Below are positions 10,137 through 17,956 of a DNA stretch of 32,000 nucleotides, piece after piece; the first letter of the stretch is position 1, and each line of letters starts with the position of its first letter. The notes beneath the pieces are model-generated. The model was not told where the DNA came from. It ran no database searches and saw nothing but the letters and a program-made list of their open reading frames with translations. A program made the translations under genes and the position numbers. The DNA lies in the NCBI GenBank assembly GCA_031256725.1, contig JAIRQE010000018.1, positions 30,001-62,000 of the forward strand. Direction: 5' to 3'. Source of the DNA: Propionibacteriaceae bacterium (GTDB lineage: Bacteria > Actinomycetota > Actinomycetes > Propionibacteriales > Propionibacteriaceae).

Positions 10137-10745
10137 ATGTCCAACGAAAACTTTAGTCCCGAAGTACCACCACAGGGCTATGTGCCAACGCCACCTCCTG
10201 CACCAGGCTATGGGCAGTCAGCCCCACCGCCGCAGGTGACTCCAAGCTATGGTCAGGTACCACCTCAGGGGTTCCCTCCAGCCGCTCCTGTGGCTCCCTA
10301 TGGTTTTGCTCCGGGTGCTCAGCCTGCGTATGCCAGTTTTGGTAAAAGAGCTCTGGGTGCTGTGGTTGACTGGATTCCCTTCCTCTTGCTGACAGGAATC
10401 ACAGGGGGTCTGACTTACACATCTGGTTCGACTTCCTTTCATATCAACGGTGTCTTTGGAACACTTTTATCGTTAGTAGGATTCGCCTATGCCGCCTACA
10501 ACATGTGGTACCTCGGAGGTACGACTGGTGTAACATTCGGTCGCAGGATTGCTGGAACGAAGCTCATCTCTGAGCAGACTCTTCAGCCAATCGGGATTGG
10601 GATGGCCGTTGTCAGGCACATTGCCCATTTTATCGATACCCTGATCTGCGGTTTCGGTGGCTTCCTTTTCCCACTTTTCACAGCAAGGAAGCAGACTATT
10701 GCTGACATGCTCGTGAAGACGATTGTAGTTGAAGAGAACAGGTAG
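10137..10745 (+). CDS. RDD family membrane protein with Pro-rich N-terminus
   Basis: 202-aa ORF. PPQGY/PAPGY low-complexity N-terminus, then an RDD-type domain (FGKRALGAVVDWIP..., RRIAGTKLI, ...TIADMLVKTIVV). It is divergent from the DUF2752 gene, a common pairing. Confidence 0.8.
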   Translation: MSNENFSPEVPPQGYVPTPPPAPGYGQSAPPPQVTPSYGQVPPQGFPPAAPVAPYGFAPGAQPAYASFGKRALGAVVDWIPFLLLTGITGGLTYTSGSTSFHINGVFGTLLSLVGFAYAAYNMWYLGGTTGVTFGRRIAGTKLISEQTLQPIGIGMAVVRHIAHFIDTLICGFGGFLFPLFTARKQTIADMLVKTIVVEENR

Positions 10746-10793
10746 TTCTTTTCAATACGTGGCGGGACCACGCTACTTGTGAAGATTTGGTGA

Positions 10794-11963
10794 CTACACC
10801 CCTGGAGCGGAAATGAATATCGTGGCCGAACCGCTTGCCGATACTTCCTCGCCAAAGGGGATGAGTACAGCCTCCCCAGCCTCAAGATCAAGCAGGGATT
10901 CTCCCTGACGAAGCTGGGCCTCTCCATCAACGACGAGGGCAATGCGACATGAGTCGGGACGGGGAATCTGGATCGGCTGACTCGACAGTTCGCCACGCCA
11001 GACAGCAAACTCTGGAGTAGGAGTGAGGTACCGCTGGAATCCCGAATCCTCTTCAGTTTCGACAGGAGCCAATTCTGAGGGAGTGAAGTCGACTACACGG
11101 ATCAATTCATCAACATTGATGTGTTTGGACGTTAGGCCTCCACGAAGTACATTGTCTGAGCAGGCCATGACCTCGATTCCGACCCCTCCCAGATAGGAGT
11201 GAAGGGTTCGTGTGGGTAGGAAGACGGCCTCGCCTGGATTGAGATGGATCCGGTTCATGAGCATCGCAGCCAGGATTGAAGGCTGCCTGGGGAAGTACCT
11301 GTTGAGTTCCAAAGCGGTACGGGCGAACAAACCCAAGTCAGAGTCGTCTTCTGCGTAGGCTGGTGCCAGGTGAAGGACCTCGTCTACATGCTCAGGATGG
11401 TCTTGACTCAAGATATCTAGAAAGACTTCAGCTAAGGCAGCAGAGCCACGTCTCATGGACAGAGGTCCAATCACTGTTGTGAAGTCCTGGCCTACGCCTA
11501 ACCGAGCAAAAAGATTCACTGTTTGCGCGGGATCACGGAAGCCACATAGGGCATCGAATTCAGTGAGGGCAACAAGGATTTCGGGCTTCGGCCAATTGTC
11601 GCGGTAGATACGTTGGGGGGCATCTAAAGGGATCTTCGCTTTGGATTCCTGGGCGAATCCTTCTTCCGCTTGCTCCCTAGTGGGATGGGCTTGAAGAGAA
11701 AGGGGATGGTCTGCTGCCAGAATCTTCATCAGAGTCGGAAAACGGTCACCGAAAGCACGGTAGGTGCGGTCACCAACCCACTCAGGATGATCATGGAGAA
11801 CCTTGTCGAGTCCAACACCATCAATTGTGGCTGGTGCTAATGGATGAGCCCCAAGCCAGTACTCTGCTTGAGGATCCCCTGTTGGGTCTGACCCTAAGAG
11901 TTCAGGAATAGCTGTTACAGACCCCCACGCATAATCGCGGATCTGTCCCTTCAGTTGGAGCAT
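10794..11963 (-). CDS. manA: mannose-6-phosphate isomerase, class I
   Basis: 389-aa ORF with PMI type I motifs (YAWGS, AEYWLGAHP, LSLQAHP, HSYLGGVGIEVMACSDNVLRGGLT). Confidence 0.9.
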   Translation of the reverse strand: MLQLKGQIRDYAWGSVTAIPELLGSDPTGDPQAEYWLGAHPLAPATIDGVGLDKVLHDHPEWVGDRTYRAFGDRFPTLMKILAADHPLSLQAHPTREQAEEGFAQESKAKIPLDAPQRIYRDNWPKPEILVALTEFDALCGFRDPAQTVNLFARLGVGQDFTTVIGPLSMRRGSAALAEVFLDILSQDHPEHVDEVLHLAPAYAEDDSDLGLFARTALELNRYFPRQPSILAAMLMNRIHLNPGEAVFLPTRTLHSYLGGVGIEVMACSDNVLRGGLTSKHINVDELIRVVDFTPSELAPVETEEDSGFQRYLTPTPEFAVWRGELSSQPIQIPRPDSCRIALVVDGEAQLRQGESLLDLEAGEAVLIPFGEEVSASGSATIFISAPGV

Positions 11964-12003
11964 GTCAACCTTTCAACGCTGGCCGGACGACCGTGCACGC
12001 ACT

Positions 12004-12020
12004 TGTGAACCATCTTCACA
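12004..12020. promoter_or_regulatory. TGTGAA-N5-TTCACA inverted repeat (CRP/FNR-like half-sites, atypical spacing)
   Basis: Perfect 6+6 inverted repeat in the divergent manA / DUF3263 intergenic region. Confidence 0.25.
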
Positions 12021-12111
12021 TGAGTCTACTCGACCACCCCACGCTAAGCGAGAAGTGGGCACGCCGACGAATGACACTATCGCGACTAGGTGGTGTTGCT
12101 ACTCTGGGTTT

Positions 12112-12390
12112 ATGGAACAAGAAGTAGGCCCAAGGACTCGGCTAACCGAGACAGAATTGGGTGTACTGGAGTTCGAGCGTGGATGGTGGGCTCTTCCCAT
12201 GGCCAAGGAACAGGCTATTAGAGAGACTTTCGGGATCTCAGGGCCGCAGTACTATCAAATACTGAATGCTTTGATTGACAGCCGTGAAGCCTTGGAAGCA
12301 GACCCTCTACTTGTTAAGAGATTGCGCCGCATGAGAGCGCAGAGGCGGGAGCAGAGGTACATCCAGAATCGTAGGGTTGACGCTCGCTGA
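12112..12390 (+). CDS. DUF3263 domain-containing protein
   Basis: ORF 11962..12390 trimmed to ATG 12112 (MEQEVGPRTRLTETELGVLEFERGWW...GPQYYQILNALID), which matches the length and sequence style of DUF3263. Confidence 0.75.
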   Translation: MEQEVGPRTRLTETELGVLEFERGWWALPMAKEQAIRETFGISGPQYYQILNALIDSREALEADPLLVKRLRRMRAQRREQRYIQNRRVDAR

Positions 12391-12438
12391 CAGTACTCTC
12401 TTTGGCTCAAAAGCTAAAAATAGGGTAAAATTATCTCC

Positions 12439-14517
12439 ATGCCAGAAAACCGTGTCCCTTGGTGGGCTGATTCTCCAGCAACGAATAGCGAGACAGGGCC
12501 GGGTAGCATTCCGCCCTATGACGAGGATATGAGACCTGAGTCTCGCCCCTTCGATCGAGCCCCTTACCCACCCCAGGAACGTGTTCCTTTTGGGGAAGAG
12601 CGCCGTCCCATGTTTGGGAGTTCCGCGCCGACACCACCACCAGCGCCTCCTACACCGCAGCAACCTGCGACCCCACTATTTCCTCGTAGTGAGGCTCTGG
12701 GCAGTCTGGGCCAATCTTCAGGATTCTTCTCTGACTTGGACTCACGAGACCAGGCAGGTAGTTCCCAGCCTTCCTATCCATCATCGAGTGGCTATGAGCC
12801 TTCAGTGCCATCTGCGCCGAGTTCCTATGGCTCTGGGTCCTATGATTCCAGTACATATGTGCCGCAGGTACCACGTTCTTCGACTCCGGCAAGTCAATTC
12901 CCGCCAGATCTGCAGGAACCCTCAAGTTTTTCCTCAAGGCCATTCAGTTCGCAGAGGCCTTCCAGCTATGAACCCCAGACTCCATCAGTACCATCATGGG
13001 ATAATCAAGATCCGATCGCCCCTGAGCCGCCACTAGAGGGAACTGCAGATCCTCTGGGCTTCGACAGGTCTACACAATCCTCTCTGCCTCCCCGGGTGAA
13101 TCCCATGATGGGGGCTGAGGATCCGTGGGCACAGGTACTCAGTGAACAGGATCCGACACCTGTACCATCTGTGGATGATTCCCAAGGCAATGAGACTCGC
13201 AGTTATCGCACGGAGGTTCTCCAGGATCTCCAAGATCACAGTGAATACGGTAGTGCTTTTGGTGAGGTTGGTTCTGATTCTCAGGTTTATGGTGATGAGG
13301 CTCGAGTAACCTCAGGTCGGCAGCGTAAAAAGGGCCGCAGGAGAGGCCTCAAGATCGTTCTTATTTCGGTACTAGCAGTTGTTCTTCTTAGCGGTGGAGC
13401 GCTCACCTATGCTTACATCGATCTCAACAGCAAGCTCAACCAGGAGGATGTCGGAAGGGTACTTGGTCGAAACCAACCTAAAGCCCCTGTAGCTACCTCC
13501 GCTGTGAAGTATCCAGGCGATCCTCATGCTGGTCGGGCCGTTAATATTCTTGTTTTGGGGACGGACTCTCGAAGCGGTGATTATAGCGATGGTGCTCGAT
13601 CTGACACAGCAATGGTTGTTCACGTTTCAGCAGATAGAACTCGAGTGGATGTGGTATCGATTCCGCGTGACACTCTGATTACCATTCCTGCGAATTGTCC
13701 GAAGGAGGGTGGCGGTACTATCGCTGCTGCGGGGTGGTCTAATCAGGGCTTTAACGCGGCCTTTGCGTGGGGTATCTATCATGGTAAGAGCCTTGCCACG
13801 GGTATTGCTTGCTCAACACTGGCGACTGAGGCATTGTCTGGTTTGACTATTGATAAGTACGTCGTTGTGAATTTCCTAGGATTCGTGGATGTTGTTGACG
13901 CAATTGGCGGTATCGATGTTGAACTACTTTGTCCCATTAAGGCGCCTAATATTGGGTTGGATCTTTCAGCAGGAGTTCATCACATTGAAGGCTGGACATC
14001 AGTGTCACTTGCTCGTGCCCGAAAGGGGAAGGGTCTTGGCGATCAATCTGACCTTCACCGGATCTACCGTCAACAAAAGATTTTTGATGCTGTCATCGAC
14101 AAAGTATATGCTATGAATTATTTCCGTGATTTCTCGAAGCTTTATAACCTTGCTGGAGCTGGGATTAGTTCTGTCAGCACGGATCTCGGCGATAATTTAG
14201 CAGAGATAGCAGGATTTGCTTATTCGCTCAAAAACCTCAATATGAACTCGCTGCACTTTGTTATGCTTCCTGTTGGATCAGCGGGTAACGGTACAAATGT
14301 TGCTGTCATTCAATCACAGGCCAAGCCCATCTGGGATGCGCTGCGCGACGATGTACCTATGCCCGGAACTGAGGTGCCTGTAGTTGCTGAGGACCCAGGA
14401 GCTAACCCTGCTCCAGAGGATCCTGGTGCTGGTCAAGCACAAGCCCCTGTGGTGGACGACGAACCCAAGTCCACAACGAATGGTCCAATCGTGATTCAGC
14501 GTCCAGAGGACTGCTAA
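12439..14517 (+). CDS. LCP (LytR-CpsA-Psr) family cell-wall glycopolymer ligase with long disordered N-terminus
   Basis: 692-aa ORF. About 300 aa of Pro/Ser-rich sequence, one TM helix (IVLISVLAVVLLSGGALTYAYI), then the LCP core (NILVLGTDSRSGD..RSDTAMVVHVS..VDVVSIPRDT). The start codon is uncertain. Confidence 0.85.
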   Translation: MPENRVPWWADSPATNSETGPGSIPPYDEDMRPESRPFDRAPYPPQERVPFGEERRPMFGSSAPTPPPAPPTPQQPATPLFPRSEALGSLGQSSGFFSDLDSRDQAGSSQPSYPSSSGYEPSVPSAPSSYGSGSYDSSTYVPQVPRSSTPASQFPPDLQEPSSFSSRPFSSQRPSSYEPQTPSVPSWDNQDPIAPEPPLEGTADPLGFDRSTQSSLPPRVNPMMGAEDPWAQVLSEQDPTPVPSVDDSQGNETRSYRTEVLQDLQDHSEYGSAFGEVGSDSQVYGDEARVTSGRQRKKGRRRGLKIVLISVLAVVLLSGGALTYAYIDLNSKLNQEDVGRVLGRNQPKAPVATSAVKYPGDPHAGRAVNILVLGTDSRSGDYSDGARSDTAMVVHVSADRTRVDVVSIPRDTLITIPANCPKEGGGTIAAAGWSNQGFNAAFAWGIYHGKSLATGIACSTLATEALSGLTIDKYVVVNFLGFVDVVDAIGGIDVELLCPIKAPNIGLDLSAGVHHIEGWTSVSLARARKGKGLGDQSDLHRIYRQQKIFDAVIDKVYAMNYFRDFSKLYNLAGAGISSVSTDLGDNLAEIAGFAYSLKNLNMNSLHFVMLPVGSAGNGTNVAVIQSQAKPIWDALRDDVPMPGTEVPVVAEDPGANPAPEDPGAGQAQAPVVDDEPKSTTNGPIVIQRPEDC

Positions 14518-14530
14518 GAATTGTGATTAC

Positions 14531-15541
14531 TCAGAGGTACCCGTCGGGATTTGTGGACTGCCAAAGCCAGGAATCCCGGCAGGCATCCTCAATTGTTCGA
14601 GAGGCTTTCCACTGTAGTTCTTGCGCTGCTTTTTCGGGAGAGCAATAGGTTGATGCGAGATCTCCTGGTCGGCGATCCACGATCTCGTAGGGAAGGGTAC
14701 GCCCACAGGCCTGTCCAAAAGCTTCGATGATCTCCAGTACTGAGCTACCTGTGCCTGTACCCAAGTTATAGGTGGCTACTCCAGGGACAAGGTGGTTGAG
14801 GGCAGAAACATGGCCCTCAGCAAGATCCATCACGTGAATATAGTCGCGGACTCCAGTTCCATCAACAGTGTCGTAATCTTGTCCGAAGACCCGAATGCAC
14901 TCCCGGCGACCAGCAGCAACCTGAGCCACAAAAGGCATGAGGTTATTAGGGATGCCGTTAGGATCCTCGCCAATTAGCCCAGACTCATGGGCACCAACAG
15001 GATTGAAATAACGCAGAAGACTGATCTGCCAACCATCCTCAGCTGCGGCTAGATCGCGTAGGATTTGCTCAATCATGAACTTGGTCCATCCGTAGGGATT
15101 GGAGATTCCTAGGCCCACACAAGCCTCTTCAGTCAATGGAAGATATTCGGGGTCACCGTACACCGTTGCTGAGGAACTGAAGATGAGCCTGCGTACCCCA
15201 TGGTCACTCATGACTTTCACTAAGGAGATGGTGGAATTGATGTTTGTGTCGTAGTACCTCAGTGGTTGAGCTACCGACTCTCCAACGGCTTTCAATCCAG
15301 CCAAATGGATGACTGCCTGCGGTTTCTCTGTTTCGAAGATGGCATTCAAACCAGTAGAATCGCGGATATCGAGTTCATGGAAGCTCACTGGTTTCCCGAG
15401 GATCTCTTCGACACGGGATACCGCTGATTTACAGGAATTGGAGAGATCATCAACGATGATGGGTTCGTGTCCATTGAGGGACAGGCTCACTGCAATATGG
15501 GTTCCGATGTACCCGGCCCCACCAGTTAAAAGAATCCGCAT
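14531..15541 (-). CDS. galE: UDP-glucose 4-epimerase
   Basis: 336-aa ORF with an N-terminal Rossmann motif (LLTGGAGYIGTH), the SDR catalytic YGWTK (YxxxK) and FNPVGAH. Confidence 0.93.
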   Translation of the reverse strand: MRILLTGGAGYIGTHIAVSLSLNGHEPIIVDDLSNSCKSAVSRVEEILGKPVSFHELDIRDSTGLNAIFETEKPQAVIHLAGLKAVGESVAQPLRYYDTNINSTISLVKVMSDHGVRRLIFSSSATVYGDPEYLPLTEEACVGLGISNPYGWTKFMIEQILRDLAAAEDGWQISLLRYFNPVGAHESGLIGEDPNGIPNNLMPFVAQVAAGRRECIRVFGQDYDTVDGTGVRDYIHVMDLAEGHVSALNHLVPGVATYNLGTGTGSSVLEIIEAFGQACGRTLPYEIVDRRPGDLASTYCSPEKAAQELQWKASRTIEDACRDSWLWQSTNPDGYL

Positions 15542-15656
15542 GCTGAGAAGTTTACAATAGGCGGTTATCCCAGTGGGAAATCCCTTGCACTATTCGGAGG
15601 GCTAGTCCACACTTGAGTTGCTGGGCACATAGTGCTGTTGCGTAGAAAGGACAATC

Positions 15657-16331
15657 ATGAGCGCAATCACCGAAATCCTAAGTCAGGTTCCCATCGATCA
15701 ACTTGCTGGCCAACTTGGGGCATCAAAGAAAGATACCAAGAGTGCATCGACGGAGGTTATTGCTTCACTTCTTGGTGGTATGACAGCCAATACCCAAGAT
15801 GCTGCAGGTGAGGAATCCCTTGCAACCGCACTTTTGAAGCACCGTTTAAATGGTGAGTCTTACGCTAGTGGGGGAGTCGATTTGGATGGGATTGATCTTT
15901 CTGAGGGAACAAAGATTGTCCAGCACGCCTTAGGTACCTCCCCGTCGAAGACTGCTGCTGCACTTTCAGCTAAGACTGGAACCGATAAGACTCTTCTGCA
16001 GAAGCTTCTTCCCATTCTGGCTCCTATTGTCATTGCATATATCGCTAATCAGGCTTTTTCGAATAAGGCTGCTGTTTCAGCCCCAGCGGCTGCCGATCCT
16101 TTGGGATCAATCGTGGGGGGCCTTCTTGGGGGTGGACAGTCTTCAGGTGGTGCAGACATGGTCAGTTCGATGCTAGGTGGATTGCTTGGCGGAGGTGGAA
16201 GAAACTCTTCCAGTGGTCTTGGCGGAATGCTGGGAGGCATGTTGGGTGGTGCTCTCGGCAACAACCAGGCATCCAAGGCTCAGCAAAGCTCTGGAGGGGT
16301 CCTGGGCGGACTCCTTGATGCGATCTTCTGA
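15657..16331 (+). CDS. DUF937 domain-containing protein with Gly-rich C-terminus
   Basis: 224-aa ORF. DUF937-like N-terminal half (ILSQVPIDQLAGQLGASKKDT...ASLLGGM) and repeated GGLLGGG / GGMLGG tracts at the C-terminus. Confidence 0.7.
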   Translation: MSAITEILSQVPIDQLAGQLGASKKDTKSASTEVIASLLGGMTANTQDAAGEESLATALLKHRLNGESYASGGVDLDGIDLSEGTKIVQHALGTSPSKTAAALSAKTGTDKTLLQKLLPILAPIVIAYIANQAFSNKAAVSAPAAADPLGSIVGGLLGGGQSSGGADMVSSMLGGLLGGGGRNSSSGLGGMLGGMLGGALGNNQASKAQQSSGGVLGGLLDAIF

Positions 16332-16374
16332 TCAAAAAAACACCTCGCACACCACGAAACACAGGTTCATACGA

Positions 16375-16402
16375 GTTTTAGTAAAACAAGTTTTACTAAA
16401 AC
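16375..16402. promoter_or_regulatory. twin palindromic operator-like boxes GTTTTAGTAAAAC-AA-GTTTTACTAAAAC
   Basis: The two 13-nt arms are perfect reverse complements. Each arm is itself a 6-1-6 palindrome (GTTTTA-N-TAAAAC). Centre-to-centre distance is 15 bp. Confidence 0.5.
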
Positions 16403-16407
16403 AATCA

Positions 16408-16444
16408 TGAAATGCTTGCATTTCAATACTGAAGGTGATAGCCT
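16408..16444 (+). promoter_or_regulatory. candidate promoter TTGCAT-17 nt-(TGa)TAGCCT overlapped by inverted repeat TGAAATGC-TT-GCATTTCA
   Basis: -35 at 16416-16421, 17-nt spacer, extended -10 TGATAGCCT at 16436-16444. The perfect 8+8 inverted repeat at 16408-16425 covers the -35. Confidence 0.4.
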
Positions 16445-16491
16445 AGTGATGCCGCTGTTCCTGAGAGGGATTGCGGGCCCATGACGTTACA

Positions 16492-16580
16492 GAGTTGGAA
16501 CTGTCCCCGTTGTTCCAACTCGTCCGACGAAAGTCGGACTTTCACCCAGATGGTGGCGGTTTCCCCAAGCCGCCACCATC
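16492..16580 (+). ncRNA. structured RNA element: three consecutive perfect hairpins, two with CCCC-centred 10-nt loops (6C-sRNA-like, or a 5' leader of the M20/purF/purM cluster)
   Basis: Hairpin 1: 16492-16501 pairs with 16512-16521 (10 bp, loop TGTCCCCGTT). Hairpin 2: 16522-16528 pairs with 16533-16539 (7 bp, GAAA tetraloop). Hairpin 3: 16549-16559 pairs with 16570-16580 (11 bp, loop TTTCCCCAAG). Confidence 0.45.
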
Positions 16581-16611
16581 AACCTTAATAGCTACGAGGT
16601 AGGGTAGTTCT

Positions 16612-17928
16612 ATGATTGAATCCCTGACTCGTGATCTTGAATCCATGGTGTCATGTGCCTCGGTTGGCGCTCTTGTGGACCATCAGCACGACCTTCGTTA
16701 CAGTGCCGATCTGATCGCCCAAATGCTTCGCGATGTGGGATGCCCGGATGTACAAGTACTTGAGGATCCTTATGCACCTGCGATCGTAGGCCGTTTTCCT
16801 CCTCCACCAGGAGCACCCACAATCTGTTTCTATGCCCATCATGATGTTCAACCCATCGGTGACCCCCACGAATGGGAATACCCGCCCTTTGAGTTGATGA
16901 AGGTTGGGGGTCGACTCTTCGGTCGTGGTACAGCAGATGATAAGGGTGCCATAGCCGTACATCTGGAGATGCTTCGAGCCTTCGACGGAAACCCTCCTGT
17001 AGGGGTCACCATATTTGTTGAAGGTGAGGAGGAAATCGGGTCACCCAACATTGCTTCCTTCCTTCATGACCATCAGGATCTCATTCGAGCAGATGCCTTT
17101 GTCATCCTGGATTCGGTGAACTGGGCTCAAGGGGAGCCTTCCTACACTGTGGCTCTTCGAGGAGTCTGCGATGCCATCATTGAGATTGAGACATTGGATC
17201 ATCCCGTTCACTCCGGCCAATTCGGGGGTGTACTTCCAGATGCTCTCACGACTTTGTGTAGGCTCTTGGCGAGTTTCCATACCGAGTCTGGTGAATGTGC
17301 CATTGAAGGGATCCAATCCCATCTCAGCTTTGATGTTGACTATGACCGGGACTCCTTCCGCAGTACATCTGGCCTTTTGGATGGGGTCCACGAATTGGGT
17401 GAAGGTACCCTTGCTGATCGACTGTGGGCACAACCAAGTGTGACGGTCATTGGTCTTGACACCACATCTGTGGAGCAATCCTCCAACACCCTTCTCCCCA
17501 CGGCTAGGGCACGAGTCTCCATGAGGGTACCTCCCGGCATGGAAGCAAACCAGGCTCTTGATCTCTTGGTAGCCCACTGTGAAAAGAATGTCCCCTGGGG
17601 TGCGCATCTGCGAGTGATCAGGGGAAACGCAGGTGACCCAGCTCAGGTTGACACTGATGGACCCTTGGTACAAGCGGGAATCCGAGCTCATAGTGAGGCT
17701 TTTGGTCGTCCACCTGTGATCATTGGCCAAGGCGGTGCCATCCCTCTTGTACATGAGTTGCGTGAACTCTTTCCTGAAGCAGAGTTCCTGATTACAGCCA
17801 TCTGTGATCCTGACTCACGGATGCATGGCCCCAATGAGTCAGTGAGCCTCCAGGACATGATCGCGACTGTTGAAGCTCAAGTTGGTTTCCTAAAATCTCT
17901 TGCGGAAAACGTGGATGAGGTTGGGTAG
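16612..17928 (+). CDS. M20 family dipeptidase / metallohydrolase
   Basis: 438-aa ORF with M20 motifs (YAHHDVQP, GRGTADDKG, VEGEEEIGS) and a central dimerisation domain. Confidence 0.85.
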   Translation: MIESLTRDLESMVSCASVGALVDHQHDLRYSADLIAQMLRDVGCPDVQVLEDPYAPAIVGRFPPPPGAPTICFYAHHDVQPIGDPHEWEYPPFELMKVGGRLFGRGTADDKGAIAVHLEMLRAFDGNPPVGVTIFVEGEEEIGSPNIASFLHDHQDLIRADAFVILDSVNWAQGEPSYTVALRGVCDAIIEIETLDHPVHSGQFGGVLPDALTTLCRLLASFHTESGECAIEGIQSHLSFDVDYDRDSFRSTSGLLDGVHELGEGTLADRLWAQPSVTVIGLDTTSVEQSSNTLLPTARARVSMRVPPGMEANQALDLLVAHCEKNVPWGAHLRVIRGNAGDPAQVDTDGPLVQAGIRAHSEAFGRPPVIIGQGGAIPLVHELRELFPEAEFLITAICDPDSRMHGPNESVSLQDMIATVEAQVGFLKSLAENVDEVG

Positions 17929-17956
17929 CCCAGTACAGGATCAGTAGAGTAGGACT

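Noticed and set aside
16481-16594. 37-codon ORF (MTLQSWNCPRCSNSSDESRTFTQMVAVSPSRHHQP) with a CPRC motif, overlapping the triple-hairpin region
   Set aside because: It has only one CxxC pair, so it is not a zinc ribbon, and its SD spacing is weak. The nucleotide-level perfect helices explain the sequence better than coding constraint does. It is kept only as an alternative that ribosome profiling could test.
17041-17754. 237-aa minus-strand ORF
   Set aside because: Antisense to the M20 dipeptidase gene, with no motifs. Shadow ORF. The same reasoning applies to 186..791, 18431..18967 and 21532..22191.
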